A stretch of DNA of 64,000 bases from Pedosphaera sp. (GCA_002690655.1 NZFL01000007.1:2003-66002), one strand, 5' to 3'; positions 18,729-29,162 are shown, counted from the first letter of the stretch. Notes: generated by a model from the sequence alone, not told the origin. Translations and numbers: made by a program.

Positions 18729-19565
18729 ATGCGCAGGAAAAAAATGGCCATCCAGAATCAACCAGGGACCCATGGTGTCTATGGTAAAAATGGATTCACT
18801 TTGATTGAATTACTCGTTGTGATCGCCATCATCGCCATTCTGGCAGGGATGCTACTTCCAGCGCTGTCCAAAGCAAAAAGCAAAGCGCAATCTGTCGCAT
18901 GCCTGAGTAATATCAAGCAGATGGCACTGGGGTGGACACTTTACGGAGACGACCATGAGGATAGACTCATTAACAATCATGGACGCGAACAGACCCGTGA
19001 AGATCGCAACAACTGGGTCAATCACGTGCTGGACTGGGGAGATTCACCCGACAACACCAATACGGTTTACGTCTCGCACGGTTTGCTGGGGCCTTATGTC
19101 GGCAATTCCGTATCCGTCTTCCAATGCCCGTCGGACAAAACAAAAGCCACCAACGGCCCTCGCATCAGGAGCTATTCCATGAACCACCTGGTTGGAGATC
19201 CAGGCGTGTTGCTGGATGCGTTCAACCCTGTTTTTGTGCAGAACTATAAATCCACCACCATTCGCCGCCCCTCTGACATCCATGTTTTTCTTGGAGAACA
19301 TCCAGACACTATCAATGATGGATACTTCATGAATCGTCTCGGCGATTATGAATGGGGAAACCTGCCTGCAAGTTACCACAATGGAGGCGCGAATCTATCC
19401 TATGCAGATGGACACTCGGAAACTCATCGATGGAAAGTTGTGGGCCTGGAAGGCACGGTTCGACCTCCAGTTCAGGGTGGTGTGGGAGGAAGTTTCCCTG
19501 CGAATCCTCCCGATGATTTTGAATGGCTGAAACAAAGGAGCAGCGATTTGAAAGTGGTGCCATGA
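18729..19565 (+). CDS. prepilin-type N-terminal cleavage/methylation domain protein (H-X9-DG type)
   Basis: It contains [45 protein letters not shown], and the C-terminus carries [18 protein letters not shown] (H-X9-DG). The start is set at ATG 18729; the longer ORF begins at 18669 and another ATG is at 18744. Confidence 0.9.
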   Translation: MRRKKMAIQNQPGTHGVYGKNGFTLIELLVVIAIIAILAGMLLPALSKAKSKAQSVACLSNIKQMALGWTLYGDDHEDRLINNHGREQTREDRNNWVNHVLDWGDSPDNTNTVYVSHGLLGPYVGNSVSVFQCPSDKTKATNGPRIRSYSMNHLVGDPGVLLDAFNPVFVQNYKSTTIRRPSDIHVFLGEHPDTINDGYFMNRLGDYEWGNLPASYHNGGANLSYADGHSETHRWKVVGLEGTVRPPVQGGVGGSFPANPPDDFEWLKQRSSDLKVVP

Positions 19566-19622
19566 GACTTGATTGAGCACCAGGTTGCCAGAAAATCAAC
19601 CCAGCAAAAGATCCTGTTACTT

Positions 19623-21071
19623 TCAGGCTTTGAGGATGGACTTGACTACATGAGCGTCCTCCACCCCTGTCAACCGCGCATCCAGCCCTTGAAATTTCAT
19701 GCTGAGCTTGCGATGATTGATCCCGAGCTGGTGCAGCATGGTCGCATGTAAATCTCGTACGTGAGTGACATTTTCAACAGCATGATAACCCAACTCATCT
19801 GTCGCTCCATAGTTGGTTCCACCACGCACGCCTCCCCCACTCATCCACATACTGAAGCCCTTGATATGATGATCACGACCAGGGTTTTTGCCTTTTCCCT
19901 GGAACATCGGGGTACGACCGAATTCACCACCCCAAATAACCAAGGTGTCCTCCAGAAGCCCCCTCTGTTTCAAATCAGTCAGCAGAGCCCAGGTAGGTTT
20001 ATCCGTTAATCCACAGCAGGTATTCATGTAGGGCTCCAGATCTCCGTGGTGATCCCATCCACGGTGATAGAGATGAATAAATCTGACACCTCGCTCTGCA
20101 AGCCGGCGTGCAAGCAGGCAATTGGCAGCAAAACTCCCATCCGCCCCCGCCGTACCGTACATGTCCAGAACATGCTGAGGTTCATCTGACAGATCCATGA
20201 GCTCCGGCACGCTTGCCTGCATTCGGAACGCCATTTCATAGGCGCTGATACGCGTTTCGATCTCTGGATCGAAGTGCTGGCGATTTCGAATTTGATTCAG
20301 CTCCTGAACAGTGCTCACAAGACTCCTCTGCCGATCGCGTGAGATGCCTTCAGGATTACGGGCATAATGAACGGGGTCACCGCTTGATTGAAATTCCACA
20401 CCCTGAAATCGACTCGGAAGGAATCCGCTGTGCCACTGCCGAGCAGCAATCGGCTGCGGGTTGCGACCACCGACACTGCTCAGGACAACAAAACCCGGCA
20501 GGTTATCACTGACCGTTCCAAGTCCATAATTGATCCAGGCCCCCATGCTTGGACGCCCTGAAATAGACGTCCCCGTATTCATGACCGTGTGCGCAGGATC
20601 GTGATTGATCTGGTCCGTCACCATGGAACGGACAATCGCGATCTCATCAGCCATTTTGGCTGTCCAGGGAAGAAAGTCACTGATCTGCTGCCCTGACTGC
20701 CCATATTTACTGAACTGTGTTTGAGGCCCAAGACACTTGAGCTCTTTTCCCTGCAACTGCGCGATCGGCTGCCCTTGTGTGAAACTTTCAGGCATGGGTT
20801 GGCCATCCAACCGGGCCAGGGTCGGTTTGGGATCAAAGGTTTCCAGATGTGAAGGCCCCCCTGCCATGCAAAGGAAGATCACACGTTTGGCTTTGACTGG
20901 AAGATCAGGAAATCCATCAATACCGGGCGCATTCGGAGATTGCCTGGATGAAGCACTCAATAAGGAAGGCTTGCTCAAGGCATGAAGCGCAGCGGCTCCC
21001 AACCCTATTGATGCACGGCTTAGGAAAGTGCGGCGGTTCAATTCCTGAACGTAACGATTAAGAGATTCCAT
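19623..21071 (-). CDS. DUF1501 domain protein (sulfatase-fold) with Tat-type signal
   Basis: It contains MESLNRYVQELNRRTFLSRASIGLGAAALHA, then ...VIFLCMAGGPSHLETFDPKP and GRDHH. It lies downstream of a DUF1549/DUF1553 gene, the canonical pairing. Confidence 0.85.
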   Translation of the reverse strand: MESLNRYVQELNRRTFLSRASIGLGAAALHALSKPSLLSASSRQSPNAPGIDGFPDLPVKAKRVIFLCMAGGPSHLETFDPKPTLARLDGQPMPESFTQGQPIAQLQGKELKCLGPQTQFSKYGQSGQQISDFLPWTAKMADEIAIVRSMVTDQINHDPAHTVMNTGTSISGRPSMGAWINYGLGTVSDNLPGFVVLSSVGGRNPQPIAARQWHSGFLPSRFQGVEFQSSGDPVHYARNPEGISRDRQRSLVSTVQELNQIRNRQHFDPEIETRISAYEMAFRMQASVPELMDLSDEPQHVLDMYGTAGADGSFAANCLLARRLAERGVRFIHLYHRGWDHHGDLEPYMNTCCGLTDKPTWALLTDLKQRGLLEDTLVIWGGEFGRTPMFQGKGKNPGRDHHIKGFSMWMSGGGVRGGTNYGATDELGYHAVENVTHVRDLHATMLHQLGINHRKLSMKFQGLDARLTGVEDAHVVKSILKA

Positions 21072-21102
21072 AGGGTTATTTTGGCAATATTTGATGGGGA
21101 GA

Positions 21103-23463
21103 TCAGTAACGCATGATCCCTTCATGGAGGTTCAATATCACTCGCGCTACACTGGCCCATGCAGCTTTGTCTACGGATGGTGTAGGCAGGACTCCTTGAT
21201 TCTTGATCAAAAATTTCTGAGCCTGCTCAGGGTCTTTCAAGAATGCCTGATGCTCAGATTCGTAAAAAGCAGTCAGCGTAGTCAACTCATCTGCTTCTGG
21301 TTGCCGCGAAAGAGCCTGTTGCCAGGCCCATCTAATCCTGTCCTTGATCGAGCTGCCTCCTTCAAGTTGTATCCGCTCTCCAAATGCACGCGCTGCCTCG
21401 ATAAAACTGGGGTCATTCAACAAGGTCAAGGCCGCCAAAGGTGTGTTTGACACCGGGCGCTCGGCATTCCCTTCCTCCCGGCTGGGTGCGTCAAAAGCCT
21501 TGAGCATGGGATGCAGGAAGATCCTTTGCCAATGGGTATAAACACCTCGTCTGTATTGATCGGACCCTGTGTCTGGCTGATAAGTACGCGTTGGAAAGTT
21601 CAGGTGTTGATAATAGCCTTTCGGCTGGTAGGGCTTCACACTTGGACCTCCTAATCCCTTGACGAGCAGTCCGCTTATCTTGAGAGCTTGATCACGAATG
21701 AACTCCGCATCGATCCGGAAAGAATTCTGGCGGGCGTAATAATGATTTCCTTCATCATGGCCCTGGAGATCTGCCCGGTGCGAGGAACTTTGCAGGTAGG
21801 TTCTTGAAGTCACTATCAGCTCTACCATGTGTTTGATATCCCATCCGCTTTCACGAAATTCCACAGCAAGCCAGTCCAGTAGTTCAGGGTGATCGGGCGG
21901 CTGCCCTTGTGCGCCAAGGTCATCCAGTCGGCTCGACAAGCCTTTTCCAAAAAACAATTTCCACAGTCGGTTTACGAAGACGCGGGCGGTCAAGGGATGA
22001 TCTTTTCTGAAAAGCCAATTCGCCAGGTCAAGTCGTGTCGCACGCCCCTCCGCTTTTAGTGCAGGCAGGAATTCGGGGGTTGCCGGTTGCACGACCTCCC
22101 CTGAATCATCCATCCAGTTTCCACGCGAGAGTACACGCATCGTACGGGGTTCTGTTGCCATACTGACCATGCAGGGGACAAAGGCTTCCTTGATTTCTTG
22201 TTGCCTGGATTCAAGCTGAGCAAGCTTCACGCGGTAGTCTCCATCCCGACTCAGGGGATTCTCCTTGAGCTGGTCAATGGTTTCCGACAAAGCAGATAGC
22301 TCGGCAAACTGCGCCAGGTTCCAGGCCTTGAGCTCTGGATCACGCCGAGTGGGGATAGCATTCGGTGCGCTGAACGCTCCCTGCTCTTTCAGGTCAGTGA
22401 AAAAAGCCGCCAGGCTGTAGAAATCCTTGATCGTGTAGGGATCATACTTGTGATTGTGACACTCCGCGCAACCTGTCGTGGCTCCCAACCAGACCAGACC
22501 AAAATTACGCACTCGGTCTGCTGCATACTTGGCGAGGTATTCCTTGTCCTGCACGCCGCCTTCGTGAGATGTCTGCAGCAATCGATTGTAGCCGGAAGCC
22601 ACCTTCTGCCATAAATCAGATTCAGGCAGCAGGTCACCCGCCAGTTGTTCACGTGTAAACTGATCGTAGGGAAGATTGTCGTTGAATGATTTGATCACGT
22701 AATCCCGATAGGGACTGATACTGTGATCCTGATCCCCATGGTAACCCACCGTGTCAGCAAACCTTACGAGGTCCAACCAATGAACCGCCATTCGCTCCCC
22801 ATAGGCAGGCATGTTCAGGAGCATGCGCACGTGGTCTGTTAATTGCCCCTTGGCATATGCCTGTTTGAAAAGCTCCAGCTCGGAAGCAGATGGGGGTAAT
22901 CCGGTCAAATCAAGGTGCAGGCGACGCGCCAGAGTGTTGGCAGAAGCTTCTTCAGAAGGCTGAATGCCTTTGGATTCTAGAGCTGAAAGAATAAAATAAT
23001 CGATGGGCTGCTGCGGCCACGACGGGTTTGATGCAACTGGCAAGGAGTGACGTACTGGAGTCGAATAGGACCAGTGTGTTTCATATGCAGCACCTGACGC
23101 GATCCACTGGCGGATGATCTTGATTTCTTCTTTCGTCAAAACCTTGCCAGAATCAGAAGGAGGCATCAAATCATCGGCATCCCGGGTCACCAAGCGTGCC
23201 ACCAGTTCGCTCCCGGAAACATCCCCCGGAACAATCGCCGCATAACCCCCCAGATCCTTGAACGCGTCTGATGCAATGTCCAGACGGAGGTCCGCTTTGC
23301 GCTCCTCTTCGTCGGGTCCATGGCAAAAAAAACATTTATCAGAAAGAATAGGGCGCACATCACGATTGAACTGGATCTCATCCCCTTCCCCCGCACGGAT
23401 GCTATTATCAGCAGCAACAAAAGCAACAATCAGTGCGGCTGAAATTCTGGTCATTCCTTTCAT
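21103..23463 (-). CDS. PSCyt1 / DUF1549 / DUF1553 (PSD1) domain protein
   Basis: The N-terminus carries a planctomycete-type cytochrome motif (FNRDVRPILSDKCFFCHGPD). The 786-aa length and the following DUF1501 partner fit this family. Confidence 0.85.
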   Translation of the reverse strand: MKGMTRISAALIVAFVAADNSIRAGEGDEIQFNRDVRPILSDKCFFCHGPDEEERKADLRLDIASDAFKDLGGYAAIVPGDVSGSELVARLVTRDADDLMPPSDSGKVLTKEEIKIIRQWIASGAAYETHWSYSTPVRHSLPVASNPSWPQQPIDYFILSALESKGIQPSEEASANTLARRLHLDLTGLPPSASELELFKQAYAKGQLTDHVRMLLNMPAYGERMAVHWLDLVRFADTVGYHGDQDHSISPYRDYVIKSFNDNLPYDQFTREQLAGDLLPESDLWQKVASGYNRLLQTSHEGGVQDKEYLAKYAADRVRNFGLVWLGATTGCAECHNHKYDPYTIKDFYSLAAFFTDLKEQGAFSAPNAIPTRRDPELKAWNLAQFAELSALSETIDQLKENPLSRDGDYRVKLAQLESRQQEIKEAFVPCMVSMATEPRTMRVLSRGNWMDDSGEVVQPATPEFLPALKAEGRATRLDLANWLFRKDHPLTARVFVNRLWKLFFGKGLSSRLDDLGAQGQPPDHPELLDWLAVEFRESGWDIKHMVELIVTSRTYLQSSSHRADLQGHDEGNHYYARQNSFRIDAEFIRDQALKISGLLVKGLGGPSVKPYQPKGYYQHLNFPTRTYQPDTGSDQYRRGVYTHWQRIFLHPMLKAFDAPSREEGNAERPVSNTPLAALTLLNDPSFIEAARAFGERIQLEGGSSIKDRIRWAWQQALSRQPEADELTTLTAFYESEHQAFLKDPEQAQKFLIKNQGVLPTPSVDKAAWASVARVILNLHEGIMRY

Positions 23464-23715
23464 GAGTTATGTCGAACATGGACTGGCTTATGAGATGCAA
23501 TATTCACTGGATAACTAAATTTAACACTCTTGAATTATCCTGTCCAGACAGTAGCCCCCGCTGCCCCCCCTGGGTTATCGGCAAAAACGCAGGTAGGACT
23601 CATTTTGACTATGTTCTAGATGGTGATTGTTGCATGCAAAGTTTTGCCCCTCTTGAAGAGCGTAATGTTCATGGTGATATTATTTTATGAACGAGGGGCG
23701 GAGCAGCTTACTCAC

Positions 23716-23806
23716 TGGCGGAAGGGGAGGGATTCGAACCCCCGATACAGTTTCCCGTACGCCTGATTTCGAGTCAGGTACCTTCAACCAACTCAGCCAC
23801 CCTTCC
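23716..23806 (-). tRNA. tRNA-Ser (anticodon CGA), CCA encoded
   Basis: The reverse complement reads GGAAGGGTGGCTGAGTTGGTTGAAGGTACCTGACTCGAAATCAGGCGTACGGGAAACTGTATCGGGGGTTCGAATCCCTCCCCTTCCGCCA. It has a 7-bp acceptor stem and an anticodon stem CCTGA/TCAGG with loop CTCGAAA. It also has a long variable arm, a TTCGAAT T-loop and discriminator G followed by CCA. Confidence 0.9.
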
Positions 23807-23935
23807 AGCACATGTTTTGGCTTTTTTGTCCTCCATTTATCATGAGAAAGAGAACTACCAAGGATTGAACACAAAAAATGCACATGTCCGAGTTGATATT
23901 TTTCCAGGAAATGGAATTTTTCAAGCTGGAAATGA

Positions 23936-24889
23936 ATGGATTCTCGAAATCGTGGACTATTACATTTTTTGCTAAAGCGGAAATATCAATCAGCCGATGA
24001 GATATTGATGAATCGGATTCAGGAAACATCTAGTTTGGATTATTATGATAGTTATTTGGCTGCTGCTGTTGAGCAGAAGCTCATGGATGGCGATTACAAA
24101 CTGCCTATATTGCCCGTGATCGCTACAAAGCTCATCGGCAAGCTGTCCAATGACCAGGAAAGCCTTGAAAATATTGCTGCTCTGGTGGAGCAGGATCAAG
24201 CTTTAGCTGGACATGTCCTCCGCTTTGCCAATTCCGTCCTCTTCGCAGGAAATACTCCAGTAAGTTCTATCCGGGAAGGGATTACGCGCGTAGGTTTTAA
24301 AGTCATAGGTGAATTTGCCACGATCCTTACTTTTGGTGATTCTATATTCAAGGCAAAAGGTCTGGAACCTCTCATGGACCGAGTGCTAAGCCATGCCGTG
24401 TTGACTGCCTACATAGGCCGGGAGATGGCGCGTCTTCTGCAGAAAGACGAAGATCAGCAATTCATGTGTGGCCTCCTCCACACCGTGGGTAAACCTATCA
24501 TACTTCAATTGGTCAGCGAAATGGGACTTCTGATCCCTATGGATCCTCCTCACGAAGGATTGATCACCATGACTGACCGATTGCACCTTAAAGCAGGCAA
24601 GCTGGCATGTAATCGATGGAATTTGCCGAACGAGGTGAGATCCAGCTGTGCCCACTATCTGGATAGCGAAAGAGCCAAAGAACATCAGGATGCTGTCCGC
24701 ATCACGTGTCTGGCCAGTCAGTTAGCCGATCTTTGCCAGACAGAGGACACCTTTCTGGAGGAGAAACTAAGAAGTGACTCACTTTTTGACACTCTTGGGT
24801 TCCAGAAAGGTCAGGTTCAGCATATCTTCGATATAAAGGAAAAAATCATGGAAGACACCAAGGCGATGCTGGCAGTTGGCACGGCCTGA
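23936..24889 (+). CDS. HDOD domain-containing signalling protein
   Basis: It contains LPILPVIATKLIGKLSNDQESLENIAALVEQDQALAGHVLRFANSVLFAG...SIREGITRVGF. The start is uncertain, with an alternative ATG at 24008. Confidence 0.75.
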   Translation: MDSRNRGLLHFLLKRKYQSADEILMNRIQETSSLDYYDSYLAAAVEQKLMDGDYKLPILPVIATKLIGKLSNDQESLENIAALVEQDQALAGHVLRFANSVLFAGNTPVSSIREGITRVGFKVIGEFATILTFGDSIFKAKGLEPLMDRVLSHAVLTAYIGREMARLLQKDEDQQFMCGLLHTVGKPIILQLVSEMGLLIPMDPPHEGLITMTDRLHLKAGKLACNRWNLPNEVRSSCAHYLDSERAKEHQDAVRITCLASQLADLCQTEDTFLEEKLRSDSLFDTLGFQKGQVQHIFDIKEKIMEDTKAMLAVGTA

Positions 24890-25206
24890 TTGTTTCATGC
24901 ATTCTGCGTCTGCTCCAATGCATGTTGGAGTTGAAAAAGCCTGAGGTTCACCTCATCTCAATGAATGGAGAACCTTTCAAAAAAAACTTCATTGAAATAC
25001 TCAGTCTGAGGGTTTACGGATTTGCAGTATTTTTCTCCGAAAGTTATTTTCAAAAAAGTCATTGAATCTTTGTGGAACCCGCTTGTGAGTTGGTTTCCAT
25101 GGATAAAGCAGATTTCACCTGTGACTTCCGTTCCATGACTCTGCTTAAACCAGATCCGCAAGAGTTGCTTGACAATTCCTACTTTGTAATGCAAAGTTAA
25201 TTTAGG

Positions 25207-25830
25207 ATGGACGCAGATTGGGCAGCACAAAGACTTGGGGAGATTCGCACATTGATGGAGCGATCCTCGCTTTATCGAAGAGCACTCGCGCCCACTGCAA
25301 CACTGACGGGTATGATTGGCATGGCCGCTGGAGTCATCGGCTGGACATTACCGGTGAAAACGAGTAGCGGTTTTTGCCTTTACTGGATGGTAACCGGAAT
25401 CCTCAGTTTATTGGTATCCATGTTAATGATCCGAAGACAGGCCTGGAAAGACAACGAACGCTTTTGGTCACCTCCCACAAGACGCTTCATTCAGGCAATC
25501 TGCCCTGCTCTTTTCGCTGGTGCCTGTCTCGGAGCGATAGGTACATTGAATCCTCAAATCAGCAAATCATATCTGTGGAATATTCCCGCACTATGGATGA
25601 TGTTTTACGGGTGCGCCCTTTTTTCAGCCGGATTCTTCATGCCAAGGGGCATTAAACTATTTGGTTCCATCTATGTACTGTGTGGCTGCATTTCCATGTT
25701 CCATTTTACAGCGGAAGCTCTCAACCAGACACTGCCTCGGATTGTTCACGCACACATTGTGATGGGATCCTCTTTCGGAATTCTTCACTTTTTTTACGGG
25801 ATTTACCTTTATCTGACAGATCACCACTAG
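25207..25830 (+). CDS. hypothetical polytopic membrane protein
   Basis: The 207-aa ORF has 5-6 hydrophobic segments. It ends 3 nt before the next gene, a winged-helix regulator. Confidence 0.6.
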   Translation: MDADWAAQRLGEIRTLMERSSLYRRALAPTATLTGMIGMAAGVIGWTLPVKTSSGFCLYWMVTGILSLLVSMLMIRRQAWKDNERFWSPPTRRFIQAICPALFAGACLGAIGTLNPQISKSYLWNIPALWMMFYGCALFSAGFFMPRGIKLFGSIYVLCGCISMFHFTAEALNQTLPRIVHAHIVMGSSFGILHFFYGIYLYLTDHH

Positions 25831-25833
25831 ACC

Positions 25834-26145
25834 ATGAAAACCGAAACATTCAGCAAAATCAACAAGGTCATTCACGAAAAAGGCCGTATGGCCATCATGT
25901 CGGCTCTGGCGGCCAATCCAGAAATGTCCTTCAGGGAACTCAAGGAGTCGCTGGGGATGACGGACGGGAATGTGAGCGTCCATATCCGCACGCTCCAACA
26001 GGCAGGTTATGTGATTGTGTCAAAAACCTTCGTCAATAACAGACCCCATACTTCTTACCGAATGACGGATCAAGGACTGCAAGCATTCAATGAATACATC
26101 GATCTGCTTGAAGAGGTTGTCCGACTTAATCGCGATAACCGTTAG
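25834..26145 (+). CDS. winged-helix transcriptional regulator (HTH_34/ArsR-MarR-like)
   Basis: It contains INKVIHEKGRMAIMSALAANPEMSFRELKESLGMTDGNVSVHIRTLQQAGYVIVSK...YRMTDQGLQAFNEYI. Confidence 0.7.
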   Translation: MKTETFSKINKVIHEKGRMAIMSALAANPEMSFRELKESLGMTDGNVSVHIRTLQQAGYVIVSKTFVNNRPHTSYRMTDQGLQAFNEYIDLLEEVVRLNRDNR

Positions 26146-26202
26146 TTGTTTTTTGCCTTCCACTTTGCTTTATAGAGAACTTTTAATCATCAATGAATTG
26201 CC

Positions 26203-27093
26203 ATGAAAATCAAAGTAGCACGACACATGGGGCTCTGTTTCGGAGTCAAAGATGCCATCCAATTAGCCGAAGAAACGGCGAAAACCGGGCCGGTCACAAT
26301 CTTTGGCCCCCTGGCTCACAATCCATCCATCAAAAATCGCCTTTTGGAGCAAGGTATTGAATTTACCGAACAACACCAGCACGCCAGGACAGACACACTG
26401 ATAGTCACAGCCCATGGCACTTCGGATCGGATGCGCCAGGAAATCAACGAAGCGGGATTCGATGTGAAGGATGCAACCTGCCCTTTGGTGCACTTCGCGC
26501 ATCGTTCGCTGAAGAAACTCGTCAGCGATGGTTATTATCCGGTTATCATCGGCAAGGAGGACCATATTGAGGTGCGTGGACTGACGGGTGATCTCGACGC
26601 TTACACTGTTGTCTCACAAGCTTCTGACATTGATCAACTCCCTCCAGCGGAACGCATGGGTATCATTTCGCAGACCACACAGCCCATTGACCACGTGGAA
26701 AGCCTGGTTGAATATATCAAAGCCAAGTTTCCTGAATCTGAAATCCGATTCACAGATACCGTGTGCCATCCGACCAAACAACGACAGAAATCAGCTATTG
26801 AATTAGGTCAGCAATCTGATGTCGTGATTGTAATTGGTGGCAGAACCAGCAACAACACAAGGCAACTCTCCAGAACAGTCTCCAGATTCTGTGACCGTGT
26901 TTACCAAATCGAGAAAGTCGAAGATCTGAATCGCAATTGGTTTGAGTCAGCAGATGCCGTGGGAATTACGGCTGGTACATCAACCCCAGATGAGGTCATT
27001 CAGCCTGTCATTGAACAATTGCGACTGTGGGACAATGCAGAATGCCCTGCCTCTGTCCGTATGGAAACACAGGCCAAGGTAATGGCTGACTGA
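26203..27093 (+). CDS. ispH: 4-hydroxy-3-methylbut-2-enyl diphosphate reductase
   Basis: It contains MGLCFGVKDAI..., ...VTAHGTSD... and ...DATCPLVH..., which are the conserved Cys-containing IspH/LytB motifs. Confidence 0.9.
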   Translation: MKIKVARHMGLCFGVKDAIQLAEETAKTGPVTIFGPLAHNPSIKNRLLEQGIEFTEQHQHARTDTLIVTAHGTSDRMRQEINEAGFDVKDATCPLVHFAHRSLKKLVSDGYYPVIIGKEDHIEVRGLTGDLDAYTVVSQASDIDQLPPAERMGIISQTTQPIDHVESLVEYIKAKFPESEIRFTDTVCHPTKQRQKSAIELGQQSDVVIVIGGRTSNNTRQLSRTVSRFCDRVYQIEKVEDLNRNWFESADAVGITAGTSTPDEVIQPVIEQLRLWDNAECPASVRMETQAKVMAD

Positions 27094-27103
27094 GGAGCCA
27101 AAT

Positions 27104-27352
27104 CTATTGACGCTCGTATTCGCCCTTACTTGTTTTCTTGAGGACTGTAAAACCGGCTTTTTTGGCGTCACTGATCGACACCGGCTTGGTGATCGTCGGA
27201 GTATTGAAACCGGAAATCATTTTTTTCACTGATTTCTTGCAAAGAGGGCAGTTGGTCAGAGGTTTGACTGTCAAAGGCCGACGCAAGGTAAAGCGACCTC
27301 CACAGACTTTGCAATCCTCTCCATTCTCCAATTCGTATTCGTAAAGTGGCAT
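27104..27352 (-). CDS. FmdB-family zinc-ribbon protein
   Basis: It contains MPLYEYELENGEDCKVCGGRFTLRRPL...NCPLCKKSVKKMIS (CxxC...CxxC). The start is set at the conserved MPLYEY; the longer ORF reaches 27424. Confidence 0.75.
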   Translation of the reverse strand: MPLYEYELENGEDCKVCGGRFTLRRPLTVKPLTNCPLCKKSVKKMISGFNTPTITKPVSISDAKKAGFTVLKKTSKGEYERQ

Positions 27353-27516
27353 ATCAACAACAATTCCAAGCTTGAACGGCGAATCTCGATAATCAAGCAA
27401 CAATTTTAAATTGTCCTTCAACAAGTTGATCCCATTTTGGAACCAAGATCGTTAAGGAGATCGATTTTTACTTACGCTCTATAGCCTCACGACATCAAGT
27501 CACAAAGATTATCTGA

Positions 27517-27729
27517 TTATGCTTCAGGCTCGTCTTGTGGGGCACGCAGCCATCGGTAGCCAAGGTAGATGTGAAAGGTAATGATCAGGAAGGCGAGGAT
27601 TCGTTCCAGTTCCAAAGGAGAATCCTGGTTGGCTGTCAACAAGATCACCAGAGCACCCAAACTTGGAAAAAACCACAGCAGGCCCATCATTTTGAAAAAG
27701 CCTGCATTTTGATTTTTCCAGATGGTCAT
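27517..27729 (-). CDS. hypothetical small membrane protein (70 aa, 2 TM)
   Basis: The ORF starts with ATG and has two clear hydrophobic helices. I recognise no family. Confidence 0.35.
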   Translation of the reverse strand: MTIWKNQNAGFFKMMGLLWFFPSLGALVILLTANQDSPLELERILAFLIITFHIYLGYRWLRAPQDEPEA

Positions 27730-28642
27730 TACGGAAACAGATTAGAGGGGAGCCTCGATGAGAACAAGTCACCACTTCTCCGGAAGCCTAATTGAGATAA
27801 ATCTCAGACACCCTCAGCCAGTCTAGTTAAAAGGGTTTAAATCAAGAGGTCCTGGCATACCTTGATCTCAACGGATTATTTCCATGCACTGCACACGCAT
27901 TCCTTCGCCTGTTCCCAAGAGATTGAAGCGAATGTCCAGATCAGTTTGAACTTTGATTCCTGTGTATTCTTTCATCACGGCACGGTCTGCCTCGCCCGAC
28001 TCGGCACTCAACTTAACATTCCATTAGGCGGTATCATGCTGTTCCAGCAACCAGATCGAGTTCCCCTAAAAAGTTCAAGGGCGGCATAGGCCTTGCAGAT
28101 ATTGGCGGTTGGTCTGGGTGAAAAAAACAATCAGGACTCAAAATGGAACCCAATGCGGATTGCACTATAGCCGTCCTGTTGATAACAGCTCGATAAGCCA
28201 CCAATTACCACCAAGCACAGAGCCCCCAAGCAAGACAGATCGTATCCCATGACGAGAAACTTGAATAAGCAGGCGAAAGTTTGAACCATCCAACAAAAGA
28301 AGTGGAAAATTTCATATGAATACAGAGGATGATGTGAAGAAGATTATTCGATCAATCGAACAGTCACTAGCCATAAATTGGTTATTCTTCACCTTGGAAA
28401 ATGGATCTCACTTTTCGTCATTCATGGAACACATGTAGAGACTATTTTTGAGCAAATATGAATCAACATCAAATATGAAACTATTTACGAAAAATTGATT
28501 ACCAATATGAATCCGTTACGGTTTCAATTTTTCACGCCCACTTCGCTAAAGAAACAAAGGATGCTAAATTATTGAGGGAATTATGTTTGATAAAGGGTAT
28601 AAATGCCCCAGTAGAAATTATGAGGCGTTTTGATCTTGATCC

Positions 28643-29128
28643 TTGGATAGAGGCAAGCACTATTCCGTGGTGAGTTTTGTTCGAATTCTGGTGGATGGGT
28701 ACAGCATGCTGCATGCCTGTCGCGATCAAAGACCGAAAGCACCACCTCATTCGCCGATGGCAAGGGACTGGTTGATTCGAACCCTCACCCTGTATCAAGA
28801 CGCCATTCATACACCTGTGACAGTTATTTTTGATGGAATGGGCTCCAAGGCTTCGAAAGAGAATCAGGAAATCCACCCTCATCTGGAGGTTATTTACAGC
28901 AAAGGGAATCGTACTGCCGATGATCTCATTGAACGTGTCACCCACAAACTGCTGACTTATGGTCAGGTGCTAGTAGTCACCAATGATTACGCAGAGCAAA
29001 ACACCATCTTTTCCATGGGTGGTAGTGTCTCCTCTTGTGAACAGTTTTTGGGGGACATACAAACTGAACTTGATCGCTTCCAATCTGAATTGCTTCAACG
29101 AAACAAAAAGTCCCGCCGAAAAGCTTGA
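28643..29128 (+). CDS. NYN-domain protein (YacP/DUF901-like predicted RNase)
   Basis: It contains RILVDGYSMLHAC..., ...VTVIFDG... and ...VIYSKGNRTADDLIERV...VLVVTNDYAEQN. The longest ORF starts with TTG, and GTG at 28667 is an equally plausible start. Confidence 0.7.
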   Translation: MDRGKHYSVVSFVRILVDGYSMLHACRDQRPKAPPHSPMARDWLIRTLTLYQDAIHTPVTVIFDGMGSKASKENQEIHPHLEVIYSKGNRTADDLIERVTHKLLTYGQVLVVTNDYAEQNTIFSMGGSVSSCEQFLGDIQTELDRFQSELLQRNKKSRRKA

Positions 29129-29162
29129 TCAGGGAGCCAGGTCTGGAGGGAAAAAGACCTGC

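Noticed and set aside
28768-28790. A tRNA T-arm-like string, GGTTGATTCGAACCCTCACC, was noticed.
   Set aside because: It lies inside the NYN-domain coding sequence. The flanks do not form T-stem or acceptor pairings, and no cloverleaf can be drawn.
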